Positions 30,001 through 45,000 of a stretch of 64,000 nt of DNA are shown here, piece by piece (position 1 is the first letter of the stretch; every line of letters starts with the position of its first letter). The notes beneath the pieces are model-generated. The model did not search any database. It saw only the letters and a list, made by a program, of their open reading frames with translations, and was not told the origin of the DNA. The DNA is from Auanema rhodensis (taxonomy: Eukaryota; Animalia; Nematoda): positions 19,406,001 to 19,470,000 of the forward strand of contig OZ059898.1 of assembly GCA_964057225.1 (NCBI GenBank), in the 5' to 3' direction. A program made the translations under genes and the position numbers.

Positions 30001-33000
30001 CAACTGATATAAGTTCACACTTATATCCTCGATTTTCACCCTGAAGAATTATTTTTTCGTTGAATAACATTGTCCATCGTCTTTGCCTTGAAAAAAGGAA
30101 TCTAAAAACATCTACTTTTTGCTAAATTATTCTGAAATTTTTCGAAAAAATTTTTGTCAAAATGTTTTTGGAAGCAATGTTGAGTGTACATGGAAACTCA
30201 ACATACACTAATGCATCATTTTTCAAACGATCATAACTAATTTTTGTATTAAGCGTATCTCAATGTAGTATAGTGCATTTGATGCGGATTTTTAAGCTGC
30301 GTCGATCTGTGTTATCAGATTTGCGCTAGCTTAAAAATGCACCGAGATATCAACTGATATAAGTTCACACTTATATCCTCGATTTTCACCCTGAAGAATT
30401 AATTTTTTCGTTGAATAACATTGTCCATCGTCTTTGCCTTGAAAAAAGGAATCTAAAAACATCTACTTTTTGCTAAATTATTCTGAAATTTTTCGAAAAA
30501 ATTTTTGTCAAAATGTTTTTGGAAGCAATGTTGAGTGTACATGGAAACTCAACATACACTAATGCATCATTTTTCAAACGATCATAACTAATTTTTGTAT
30601 TAAGCGTTTCTCAATGTAGTATAGTGCATTTGATGCGGATTTTTAAGCTGCGTCGATCTGTGTTATCAGATTTGCGCTAGCTTAAAAATGCACCGAGATA
30701 TCAACTGATATAAGTTCACACTTATATGCTCGATTTTCACCCTGAAGAATTATTTTTTTCGTTGAATAACATTGTCCATCGTCTTTGCCTTGAAAAAAGA
30801 AATCTAAAAACATCTACTTTTTGCTAAATTATTTTGAAGTTTTTCGAAAAAATTTTTGTCAAAATGTTTTTGGAAGCAATGTTGAGTGTACATGGAAACT
30901 CAACATACACTAATGCATCATTTTTCAAACGATCATAACTAATTTTTGTATTAAGCGTATCTCAATGTAGTATAGTGCATTTGATGCGGATTTTTAAGCT
31001 GCGTCGATCTGTGTTATCAGATTTGCGCTAGCTTAAAAATGCACCGAGATATCAACTGATATAAGTTCACACTTATATCCTCGATTTTCACCCTGAAGAA
31101 TTAATTTTTTCGTTGAATAACATTGTCCATCGTCTTTGCCTTGAAAAAAGGAATCTAAAAACATCTACTTTTTGCTAAATTATTCTGAAATTTTTCGAAA
31201 AAATTTTTGTCAAAATGTTTTTGGAAGCAATGTTGAGTGTACATGGAAACTCAACATACACTAATGCATCATTTTTCAAACGATCATAACTAATTTTTGT
31301 ATTAAGCGTATCTCAATGTAGTATAGTGCATTTGATGCGGATTTTTAAGCTGCGTCGATCTGTGTTATCAGATTTGCGCTAGCTTAAAAATGCACCGAGA
31401 TATCAACTGATATAAGTTCACACTTATATCCTCGATTTTCACCCTGAAGAATTAATTTTTTCGTTGAATAACATTGTCCATCGTCTTTGCCTTGAAAAAA
31501 GGAATCTAAAAACATCTACTTTTTGCTAAATTATTCTGAAATTTTTCGAAAAAATTTTTGTCAAAATGTTTTTGGAAGCAATGTTGAGTGTACATGGAAA
31601 CTCAACATACACTAATGCATCATTTTTCAAACGATCATAACTAATTTTTGTATTAAGCGTTTCTCAATATAGTATAGTGCATATGATGCGGATTTTTAAG
31701 CTGCGTCGATCTGTGTTATCAGATTTGCGCTAGCTTAAAAATGCACCGAGATATCAACTGATATAAGTTCACACTTATATCCTCGATTTTCACCCTGAAG
31801 AAATAATTTTTTCGTTGAATAACATTGTCCATCGTCTTTGCCTTGAAAAAAGGAATCTAAAAACATCTACTTTTTGCTAAATTATTTTGAAATTTTTCGA
31901 AAAAATTTTTGTCAAAATGTTTTTGGAAGCAATGTTGAGTGTACATGGAAACTCAACATACACTAATGCATCATTTTTCAAACGATCATAACTAATTTTT
32001 GTATTAAGCGTTTCTCAATGTAGTATAGTGCATTTGATGCGGATTTTTAAGCTGCGTCGATCTGTGTTATCAGATTTGCGCTAGCTTAAAAATGCACCGA
32101 GATATCAACTGATATAAGTTCACACTTATATCCTCGATTTTCACCCTGAAGAATTAATTTTTTCGTTGAATAACATTGTCCATCGTCTTTGCCTTGAAAA
32201 AAGAAATCTAAAAACATCTACTTTTTGCTAAATTATTCTGAAATTTTTCGAAAAAATTTTTGTCAAAATGTTTTTGGAAGCAATGTTGAGTGTACATGGA
32301 AACTCAACATACACTAATGCATCATTTTTCAAACGATCATAACTAATTTTTGTATTAAGCGTTTCTCAATGTAGTATAGTGCATTTGATGCGGATTTTTA
32401 AGCTGCGTCGATCTGTGTTATCAGATTTGCGCTAGCTTAAAAATGCACCGAGATATCAACTGATATAAGTTCACACTTATATCCTCGATTTTCACCCTGA
32501 AGAAATAATTTTTTCGTTGAATAACATTGTCCATCGTCTTTGCCTTGAAAAAAGGAATCTAAAAACATCTACTTTTTGCTAAATTATTTTGAAATTTTTC
32601 GAAAAAATTTTTGTCAAAATGTTTTTGGAAGCAATGTTGAGTGTACATGGAAACTCAACATACACTAATGCATCATTTTTCAAACGATCATAACTAATTT
32701 TTGTATTAAGCGTTTCTCAATATAGTATAGTGCATTTGATGCGGATTTTTAAGCTGCGTCGATCTGTGTTATCAGATTTGCGCTAGCTTAAAAATGCACC
32801 GAGATATCAACTGATATAAGTTCACACTTATATCCTCGATTTTCACCCTGAAGAAATAATTTTTTCGTTGAATAACATTGTCCATCGTCTTTGCCTTGAA
32901 AAAAGGAATCTAAAAACATCTACTTTTTGCTAAATTATTTTGAAATTTTTCGAAAAAATTTTTGTCAAAATGTTTTTGGAAGCAATGTTGAGTGTACATG

Positions 33001-36000
33001 GAAACTCAACATACACTAATGCATCATTTTTCAAACGATCATAACTAATTTTTGTATTAAGCGTTTCTCAATGTAGTATAGTGCATTTGATGCGGATTTT
33101 TAAGCTGCGTCGATCTGTGTTATCAGATTTGCGCTAGCTTAAAAATGCACCGAGATATCAACTGATATAAGTTCACACTTATATCCTCGATTTTCACCCT
33201 GAAGAATTAATTTTTTCGTTGAATAACATTGTCCATCGTCTTTGCCTTGAAAAAAGAAATCTAAAAACATCTACTTTTTGCTAAATTATTCTGAAATTTT
33301 TCGAAAAAATTTTTGTCAAAATGTTTTTGGAAGCAATGTTGAGTGTACATGGAAACTCAACATACACTAATGCATCATTTTTCAAACGATCATAACTAAT
33401 TTTTGTATTAAGCGTTTCTCAATGTAGTATAGTGCATTTGATGCGGATTTTTAAGCTGCGTCGATCTGTGTTATCAGATTTGCGCTAGCTTAAAAATGCA
33501 CCGAGATATCAACTGATATAAGTTCACACTTATATCCTCGATTTTCACCCTGAAGAAATAATTTTTTCGTTGAATAACATTGTCCATCGTCTTTGCCTTG
33601 AAAAAAGAAATCTAAAAACATCTACTTTTTGCTAAATTATTCTGAAATTTTTCGAAAAAATTTTTGTCAAAATGTTTTTGGAAGCAATGTTGAGTGTACA
33701 TGGAAACTCAACATACACTAATGCATCATTTTTCAAACGATCATAACTAATTTTTGTATTAAGCGTTTCTCAATGTAGTATAGTGCATTTGATGCGGATT
33801 TTTAAGCTGCGTCGATCTGTGTTATCAGATTTGCGCTAGCTTAAAAATGCACCGAGATATCAACTGATATAAGTTCACACTTATATCCTCGATTTTCACC
33901 CTGAAGAAATAATTTTTTCGTTGAATAACATTGTCCATCGTCTTTGCCTTGAAAAAAGGAATCTAAAAACATCTACTTTTTGCTAAATTATTTTGAAATT
34001 TTTCGAAAAAATTTTTGTCAAAATGTTTTTGGAAGCAATGTTGAGTGTACATGGAAACTCAACATACACTAATGCATCATTTTTCAAACGATCATAACTA
34101 ATTTTTGTATTAAGCGTTTCTCAATGTAGTATAGTGCATTTGATGCGGATTTTTAAGCTGCGTCGATCTGTGTTATCAGATTTGCGCTAGCTTAAAAATG
34201 CACCGAGATATCAACTGATATAAGTTCACACTTATATCCTCGATTTTCACCCTGAAGAAATAATTTTTTCGTTGAATAACATTGTCCATCGTCTTTGCCT
34301 TGAAATAAGGAATCTAAAAACATCTACTTTTTGCTAAATTATTTTGAAATTTTTCGAAAAAATTTTTGTCAAAATGTTTTTGGAAGCAATGTTTAGTGTA
34401 CATGGAAACTCAACATACACTAATGCATCATTTTTCAAACGATCATAACTAATTTTTGTATTAAGCGTATCTCAATGTAGTATAGTGCATTTGATGCGGA
34501 TTTTTAAGCTGCGTCGATCTGTGTTATCAGATTTGCGCTAGCTTAAAAATGCACCGAGATATCAACTGATATAAGTTCACACTTATATCCTCTATTTTCA
34601 CCCTGAAGAATTAAATTTTTCGTTGAATAACATTGTCCATCGTCTTTGCCTTGAAAAAAGGAATCTAAAAACATCTACTTTTTGCTAAATTATTCTGAAA
34701 TTTTTCGAAAAAATTTTTGTCAAAATGTTTTTGGAAGCAATGTTGAGTGTACATGGAAACTCAACATACACTAATGCATCATTTTTCGAACGATCATAAC
34801 TAATTTTTGTATTAAGCGTTTCTCAATGTAGTATAGTGCATTCGATGCGGATTTTTAAGCTGCGTCGATCTGTGTTATCAGATTTGCGCTAGCTTAAAAA
34901 TGCACCGAGATATCAACTGATATAAGTTCACACTTATATCCTCGATTTTCACCCTGAAGAATTATTTTTTCGTTGAATAACATTGTCCATCGTCTTTGCC
35001 TTGAAAAAAGGAATCTAAAAACATCTACTTTTTGCTAAATTATTCTGAAATTTTTCGAAAAAATTTTTGTCAAAATGTTTTTGGAAGCAATGTTGAGTGT
35101 ACATGGAAACTCAACATACACTAATGCATCATTTTTCAAACGATCATAACTAATTTTTGTATTAAGCGTTTCTCAATGTAGTATAGTGCATTTGATGCGG
35201 ATTTTTAAGCTGCGTCGATCTGTGTTATCAGATTTGCGCTAGCTTAAAAATGCACCGAGATATCAACTGATATAAGTTCACACTTATATCCTCGATTTTC
35301 ACCCTGAAGAAATAATTTTTTCGTTGAATAACATTGTCCATCGTCTTTGCCTTGAAAAAAGGAATCTAAAAACATCTACTTTTTGCTAAATTATTTTGAA
35401 ATTTTTCGAAAAAATTTTTGTCAAAATGTTTTTGGAAGCAATGTTTAGTGTACATGGAAACTCAACATACACTAATGCATCATTTTTCAAACGATCATAA
35501 CTAATTTTTGTATTAAGCGTATCTCAATGTAGTATAGTGCATTTGATGCGGATTTTTAAGCTGCGTCGATCTGTGTTATCAGATTTGCGCTAGCTTAAAA
35601 ATGCACCGAGATATCAACTGATATAAGTTCACACTTATATCCTCTATTTTCACCCTGAAGAATTAAATTTTTCGTTGAATAACATTGTCCATCGTCTTTG
35701 CCTTGAAAAAAGGAATCTAAAAACATCTACTTTTTGCTAAATTATTCTGAAATTTTTCGAAAAAATTTTTGTCAAAATGTTTTTGGAAGCAATGTTGAGT
35801 GTACATGGAAACTCAACATACACTAATGCATCATTTTTCGAACGATCATAACTAATTTTTGTATTAAGCGTTTCTCAATGTAGTATAGTGCATTCGATGC
35901 GGATTTTTAAGCTGCGTCGATCTGTGTTATCAGATTTGCGCTAGCTTAAAAATGCACCGAGATATCAACTGATATAAGTTCACACTTATATCCTCGATTT

Positions 36001-39000
36001 TCACCCTGAAGAATTATTTTTTCGTTGAATAACATTGTCCATCGTCTTTGCCTTGAAAAAAGGAATCTAAAAACATCTACTTTTTGCTAAATTATTCTGA
36101 AATTTTTCGAAAAAATTTTTGTCAAAATGTTTTTGGAAGCAATGTTGAGTGTACATGGAAACTCAACATACACTAATGCATCATTTTTCAAACGATCATA
36201 ACTAATTTTTGTATTAAGCGTTTCTCAATGTAGTATAGTGCATTTGATGCGGATTTTTAAGCTGCGTCGATCTGTGTTATCAGATTTGCGCTAGCTTAAA
36301 AATGCACCGAGATATCAACTGATATAAGTTCACACTTATATCCTCGATTTTCACCCTGAAGAAATAATTTTTTCGTTGAATAACATTGTCCATCGTCTTT
36401 GCCTTGAAAAAAGGAATCTAAAAACATCTACTTTTTGCTAAATTATTCTGAAATTTTTCGAAAAAATTTTTGTCAAAATGTTTTTGGAAGCAATGTTGAG
36501 TGTACATGGAAACTCAACATACACTAATGCATCATTTTTCAAACGATCATAACTAATTTTTGTATTAAGCGTTTCTCAATGTAGTATAGTGCATTTGATG
36601 CGGATTTTTAAGCTGCGTCGATCTGTGTTATCAGATTTGCGCTAGCTTAAAAATGCACCGAGATATCAACTGATATAAGTTCACACTTATATCCTCGATT
36701 TTCACCCTGAAGAAATAATTTTTTCGTTGAATAACATTGTCCATCGTCTTTGCCTTGAAAAAAGAAATCTAAAAACATCTACTTTTTGCTAAATTATTCT
36801 GAAATTTTTCGAAAAAATTTTTGTCAAAATGTTTTTGGAAGCAATGTTGAGTGTACATGGAAACTCAACATACACTAATGCATCATTTTTCAAACGATCA
36901 TAACTAATTTTTGTATTAAGCGTTTCTCAATGTAGTATAGTGCATTTGATGCGGATTTTTAAGCTGCGTCGATCTGTGTTATCAGATTTGCGCTAGCTTA
37001 AAAATGCACCGAGATATCAACTGATATAAGTTCACACTTATATCCTCGATTTTCACCCTGAAGAAATAATTTTTTCGTTGAATAACATTGTCCATCGTCT
37101 TTGCCTTGAAAAAAGGAATCTAAAAACATCTACTTTTTGCTAAATTATTTTGAAATTTTTCGAAAAAATTTTTGTCAAAATGTTTTTGGAAGCAATGTTT
37201 AGTGTACATGGAAACTCAACATACACTAATGCATCATTTTTCAAACGATCATAACTAATTTTTGTATTAAGCGTATCTCAATGTAGTATAGTGCATTTGA
37301 TGCGGATTTTTAAGCTGCGTCGATCTGTGTTATCAGATTTGCGCTAGCTTAAAAATGCACCGAGATATCAACTGATATAAGTTCACACTTATATCCTCTA
37401 TTTTCACCCTGAAGAATTAAATTTTTCGTTGAATAACATTGTCCATCGTCTTTGCCTTGAAAAAAGGAATCTAAAAACATCTACTTTTTGCTAAATTATT
37501 CTGAAATTTTTCGAAAAAATTTTTGTCAAAATGTTTTTGGAAGCAATGTTGAGTGTACATGGAAACTCAACATACACTAATGCATCATTTTTCGAACGAT
37601 CATAACTAATTTTTGTATTAAGCGTTTCTCAATGTAGTATAGTGCATTCGATGCGGATTTTTAAGCTGCGTCGATCTGTGTTATCAGATTTGCGCTAGCT
37701 TAAAAATGCACCGAGATATCAACTGATATAAGTTCACACTTATATCCTCGATTTTCACCCTGAAGAATTGATTTTTTCGTTGAATAACATTGTCCATCGT
37801 CTTTGCCTTGAAAAAAGGAATCTAAAAACATCTACTTTTTGCTAAATTATTCTGAAATTTTTCGAAAAAATTTTTGTCAAAATGTTTTTGGAAGCAATGT
37901 TGAGTGTACATGGAAACTCAACATACACTAATGCATCATTTTTCAAACGATCATAACTAATTTTTGTATTAAGCGTTTCTCAATGTAGTATAGTGCATTT
38001 GATGCGGATTTTTAAGCTGCGTCGATCTGTGTTATCTGATTTGCGCTAGCTTAAAAATGCACCGAGATATCAACTGATATAAGTTCACACTTATATCCTC
38101 GATTTTCACCCTGAAGAAATAATTTTTTCGTTGAATAACATTGTCCATCGTCTTTGCCTTGAAAAAAGAAATCTAAAAACATCTACTTTTTGCTAAATTA
38201 TTTTGAAATTTTTCGAAAAAATTTTTGTCAAAATGTTTTTGGAAGCAATGTTGAGTGTACATGGAAACTCAACATACACTAATGCATCATTTTTCAAACG
38301 ATCATAACTAATTTTTGTATTAAGCGTATCTCAATGTAGTATAGTGCATTTGATGCGGATTTTTAAGCTGCGTCGATCTGTGTTATCAGATTTGCGCTAG
38401 CTTAAAAATGCACCGAGATATCAACTGATATAAGTTCACACTTATATCCTCGATTTTCACCCTGAAGAATTAATTTTTTCGTTGAATAACATTGTCCATC
38501 GTCTTTGCCTTGAAAAAAGGAATCTAAAAACATCTACTTTTTGCTAAATTATTCTGAAATTTTTCGAAAAAATTTTTGTCAAAATGTTTTTGGAAGCAAT
38601 GTTGAGTGTACATGGAAACTCAACATACACTAATGCATCATTTTTCAAACGATCATAACTAATTTTTGTATTAAGCGTTTCTCAATGTAGTATAGTGCAT
38701 TTGATGCGGATTTTTAAGCTGCGTCGATCTGTGTTATCAGATTTGCGCTAGCTTAAAAATGCACCGAGATATCAACTGATATAAGTTCACACTTATATGC
38801 TCGATTTTCACCCTGAAGAATTATTTTTTTCGTTGAATAACATTGTCCATCGTCTTTGCCTTGAAAAAAGAAATCTAAAAACATCTACTTTTTGCTAAAT
38901 TATTTTGAAGTTTTTCGAAAAAATTTTTGTCAAAATGTTTTTGGAAGCAATGTTGAGTGTACATGGAAACTCAACATACACTAATGCATCATTTTTCAAA

Positions 39001-42000
39001 CGATCATAACTAATTTTTGTATTAAGCGTATCTCAATGTAGTATAGTGCATTTGATGCGGATTTTTAAGCTGCGTCGATCTGTGTTATCAGATTTGCGCT
39101 AGCTTAAAAATGCACCGAGATATCAACTGATATAAGTTCACACTTATATCCTCGATTTTCACCCTGAAGAATTAATTTTTTCGTTGAATAACATTGTCCA
39201 TCGTCTTTGCCTTGAAAAAAGGAATCTAAAAACATCTACTTTTTGCTAAATTATTCTGAAATTTTTCGAAAAAATTTTTGTCAAAATGTTTTTGGAAGCA
39301 ATGTTGAGTGTACATGGAAACTCAACATACACTAATGCATCATTTTTCAAACGATCATAACTTATTTTTGTATTAAGCGTTTCTCAATGTAGTATAGTGC
39401 ATTTGATGCGGATTTTTAAGCTGCGTCGATCTGTGTTATCAGATTTGCGCTAGCTTAAAAATGCACCGAGATATCAACTGATATAAGTTCACACTTATAT
39501 CCTCGATTTTCACCCTGAAGAAATAATTTTTTCGTTGAATAACATTGTCCATCGTCTTTGCCTTGAAAAAAGGAATCTAAAAACATCTACTTTTTGCTAA
39601 ATTATTTTGAAATTTTTCGAAAAAATTTTTGTCAAAATGTTTTTGGAAGCAATGTTGAGTGTACATGGAAACTCAACATACACTAATGCATCATTTTTCA
39701 AACGATCATAACTAATTTTTGTATTAAGCGTTTCTCAATGTAGTATAGTGCATTTGATGCGGATTTTTAAGCTGCGTCGATCTGTGTTATCAGATTTGCG
39801 CTAGCTTAAAAATGCACCGAGATATCAACTGATATAAGTTCACACTTATATCCTCGATTTTCACCCTGAAGAATTAATTTTTTCGTTGAATAACATTGTC
39901 CATCGTCTTTGCCTTGAAAAAAGAAATCTAAAAACATCTACTTTTTGCTAAATTATTCTGAAATTTTTCGAAAAAATTTTTGTCAAAATGTTTTTGGAAG
40001 CAATGTTGAGTGTACATGGAAACTCAACATACACTAATGCATCATTTTTCAAACGATCATAACTAATTTTTGTATTAAGCGTTTCTCAATGTAGTATAGT
40101 GCATTTGATGCGGATTTTTAAGCTGCGTCGATCTGTGTTATCAGATTTGCGCTAGCTTAAAAATGCACCGAGATATCAACTGATATAAGTTCACACTTAT
40201 ATCCTCGATTTTCACCCTGAAGAAATAATTTTTTCGTTGAATAACATTGTCCATCGTCTTTGCCTTGAAAAAAGGAATCTAAAAACATTTACTTTTTGCT
40301 AAATTATTTTGAAATTTTTCGAAAAAATTTTTGTCAAAATGTTTTTGGAAGCAATGTTGAGTGTACATGGAAACTCAACATACACTAATGCATCATTTTT
40401 CAAACGATCATAACTAATTTTTGTATTAAGCGTTTCTCAATGTAGTATAGTGCATTTGATGCGGATTTTTAAGCTGCGTCGATCTGTGTTATCAGATTTG
40501 CGCTAGCTTAAAAATGCACCGAGATATCAACTGATATAAGTTCACACTTATATCCTCGATTTTCACCCTGAAGAATTAATTTTTTCGTTGAATAACATTG
40601 TCCATCGTCTTTGCCTTGAAAAAAGGAATCTAAAAACATCTACTTTTTGCTAAATTATCCTGAAATTTTTCGAAAAAATTTTTGTCAAAATGTTTTTGGA
40701 AGCAATGTTGAGTGTACATGGAAACTCAACATACACTAATGCATCATTTTTCAAACGATCATAACTAATTTTTGTATTAAGCGTTTCTCAATGTAGTATA
40801 GTGCATTTGATGCGGATTTTTAAGCTGCGTCGATCTGTGTTATCAGATTTGCGCTAGCTTAAAAATGCACCGAGATATCAACTGATATAAGTTCACACTT
40901 ATATCCTCGATTTTCACCCTGAAGAAATAATTTTTCCGTTGAATAACATTGTCCATCGTCTTTGCCTTGAAAAAAGGAATCTAAAAACATCTACTTTTTG
41001 CTAAATTATTTTGAAATTTTTCGAAAAAATTTTTGTCAAAATGTTTTTGGAAGCAATGTTGAGTGTACATGGAAACTCAACATACACTAATGCATCATTT
41101 TTCAAACGATCATAACTAATTTTTGTATTAAGCGTTTCTCAATGTAGTATAGTGCATTTGATGCGGATTTTTAAGCTGCGTCGATCTGTGTTATCAGATT
41201 TGCGCTAGCTTAAAAATGCACCGAGATATCAACTGATATAAGTTCACACTTATATCCTCGATTTTCACCCTGAAGAATTATTTTTTTCGTTGAATAACAT
41301 TGTCCATCGTCTTTGCCTTGAAAAAAGGAATCTAAAAACATCTACTTTTTGCTAAATTATTCTGAAATTTTTCGAAAAAATTTTTGTCAAAATGTTTTTG
41401 GAAGCAATGTTGAGTGTACATGGAAACTCAACATACACTAATGCATCATTTTTCAAACGATCATAACTAATTTTTGTATTAAGCGTTTCTCAATGTAGTA
41501 TAGTGCATTTGATGCGGATTTTTAAGCTGCGTCGATCTGTGTTATCAGATTTGCGCTAGCTTAAAAATGCACCGAGATATCAACTGATATAAGTTCACAC
41601 TTATATCCTCGATTTTCACCCTGAAGAAATAATTTTTTCGTTGAATAACATTGTCCATCGTCTTTGCCTTGAAAAAAGGAATCTAAAAACATCTACTTTT
41701 TGCTAAATTATTTTGAAATTTTTCGAAAAAATTTTTGTCAAAATGTTTTTGGAAGCAATGTTGAGTGTACATGGAAACTCAACATACACTAATGCATCAT
41801 TTTTCAAACGATCATAACTAATTTTTGTATTAAGCGTATCTCAATGTAGTATAGTGCATTTGATGCGGATTTTTAAGCTGCGTCGATCTGTGTTATCAGA
41901 TTTGCGCTAGCTTAAAAATGCACCGAGATATCAACTGATATAAGTTCACACTTATATCCTCGATTTTCACCCTGAAGAATTAATTTTTTCGTTGAATAAC

Positions 42001-45000
42001 ATTGTCCATCGTCTTTGCCTTGAAAAAAGGAATCTAAAAACATCTACTTTTTGCTAAATTATTCTGAAATTTTTCGAAAAAATTTTTGTCAAAATGTTTT
42101 TGGAAGCAATGTTGAGTGTACATGGAAACTCAACATACACTAATGCATCATTTTTCAAACGATCATAACTAATTTTTGTATTAAGCGTATCTCAATGTAG
42201 TATAGTGCATTTGATGCGGATTTTTAAGCTGCGTCGATCTGTGTTATCAGATTTGCGCTAGCTTAAAAATGCACCGAGATATCAACTGATATAAGTTCAC
42301 ACTTATATCCTCGATTTTCACCCTGAAGAATTAATTTTTTCGTTGAATAACATTGTCCATCGTCTTTGCCTTGAAAAAAGGAATCTAAAAACATCTACTT
42401 TTTGCTAAATTATTCTGAAATTTTTCGAAAAAATTTTTGTCAAAATGTTTTTGGAAGCAATGTTGAGTGTACATGGAAACTCAACATACACTAATGCATC
42501 ATTTTTCAAACGATCATAACTAATTTTTGTATTAAGCGTTTCTCAATGTAGTATAGTGCATTTGATGCGGATTTTTAAGCTGCGTCGATCTGTGTTATCA
42601 GATTTGCGCTAGCTTAAAAATGCACCGAGATATCAACTGATATAAGTACACACTTATATCCTCGATTTTCACCCAGAAGAAATAATTTTTTCGTTGAATA
42701 ACATTGTCCATCTTCTTTGCCTTGAAAAAAGGAATCTAAAAACATCTACTTTTTGCTAAATTATTTTGAAGTTTTTCGAAAAAATTTTTGTCAAAATGTT
42801 TTTGGAAGCAATGTTGAGTGTACATGGAAACTCAACATACACTAATGCATCATTTTTCAAACGATCATAACTAATTTTTGTATTAAGCGTTTCTCAATGT
42901 AGTATAGTGCATTTGATGCGGATTTTTAAGCTGCGTCGATCTGTGTTATCAGATTTGCGCTAGCTTAAAAATGCACCGAGATATCAACTGATATAAGTTC
43001 ACACTTATATCCTCGATTTTCACCCTGAAGAATTAATTTTTTCGTTGAATAACATTGTCCATCGTCTTTGCCTTGAAAAAAGAAATCTAAAAACATCTAC
43101 TTTTTGCTAAATTATTCTGAAATTTTTCGAAAAAATTTTTGTCAAAATGTTTTTGGAAGCAATGTTGAGTGTACATGGAAACTCAACATACACTAATGCA
43201 TCATTTTTCAAACGATCATAACTAATTTTTGTATTAAGCGTTTCTCAATGTAGTATAGTGCATTTGATGCGGATTTTTAAGCTGCGTCGATCTGTGTTAT
43301 CAGATTTGCGCTAGCTTAAAAATGCACCGAGATATCAACTGATATAAGTTCACACTTATATCCTCGATTTTCACCCTGAAGAAATAATTTTTCCGTTGAA
43401 TAACATTGTCCATCGTCTTTGCCTTGAAAAAAGGAATCTAAAAACATCTACTTTTTGCTAAATTATTTTGAAATTTTTCGAAAAAATTTTTGTCAAAATG
43501 TTTTTGGAAGCAATGTTGAGTGTACATGGAAACTCAACATACACTAATGCATCATTTTTCAAACGATCATAACTAATTTTTGTATTAAGCGTTTCTCAAT
43601 GTAGTATAGTGCATTTGATGCGGATTTTTAAGCTGCGTCGATCTGTGTTATCAGATTTGCGCTAGCTTAAAAATGCACCGAGATATCAACTGATATAAGT
43701 TCACACTTATATCCTCGATTTTCACCCTGAAGAATTATTTTTTTCGTTGAATAACATTGTCCATCGTCTTTGCCTTGAAAAAAGGAATCTAAAAACATCT
43801 ACTTTTTGCTAAATTATTCTGAAATTTTTCGAAAAAATTTTTGTCAAAATGTTTTTGGAAGCAATGTTGAGTGTACATGGAAACTCAACATACACTAATG
43901 CATCATTTTTCAAACGATCATAACTAATTTTTGTATTAAGCGTTTCTCAATGTAGTATAGTGCATTTGATGCGGATTTTTAAGCTGCGTCGATCTGTGTT
44001 ATCAGATTTGCGCTAGCTTAAAAATGCACCGAGATATCAACTGATATAAGTTCACACTTATATCCTCGATTTTCACCCTGAAGAAATAATTTTTTCGTTG
44101 AATAACATTGTCCATCGTCTTTGCCTTGAAAAAAGGAATCTAAAAACATCTACTTTTTGCTAAATTATTCTGAAATTTTTCGAAAAAATTTTTGTCAAAA
44201 TGTTTTTGGAAGCAATGTTGAGTGTACATGGAAACTCAACATACACTAATGCATCATTTTTCAAACGATCATAACTAATTTTTGTATTAAGCGTTTCTCA
44301 ATGTAGTATAGTGCATTTGATGCGGATTTTTAAGCTGCGTCGATCTGTGTTATCAGATTTGCGCTAGCTTAAAAATGCACCGAGATATCAACTGATATAA
44401 GTTCACACTTATATCCTCGATTTTCACCCTGAAGAATTAATTTTTTCGTTGAATAACATTGTCCATCGTCTTTGCCTTGAAAAAAGAAATCTAAAAACAT
44501 CTACTTTTTGCTAAATTATTCTGAAATTTTTCGAAAAAATTTTTGTCAAAATGTTTTTGGAAGCAATGTTGAGTGTACATGGAAACTCAACATACACTAA
44601 TGCATCATTTTTCAAACGATCATAACTAATTTTTGTATTAAGCGTTTCTCAATGTAGTATAGTGCATTTGATGCGGATTTTTAAGCTGCGTCGATCTGTG
44701 TTATCAGATTTGCGCTAGCTTAAAAATGCACCGAGATATCAACTGATATAAGTTCACACTTATATCCTCGATTTTCACCCTGAAGAAATAATTTTTCCGT
44801 TGAATAACATTGTCCATCGTCTTTGCCTTGAAAAAAGGAATCTAAAAACATCTACTTTTTGCTAAATTATTTTGAAATTTTTCGAAAAAATTTTTGTCAA
44901 AATGTTTTTGGAAGCAATGTTGAGTGTACATGGAAACTCAACATACACTAATGCATCATTTTTCAAACGATCATAACTAATTTTTGTATTAAGCGTTTCT

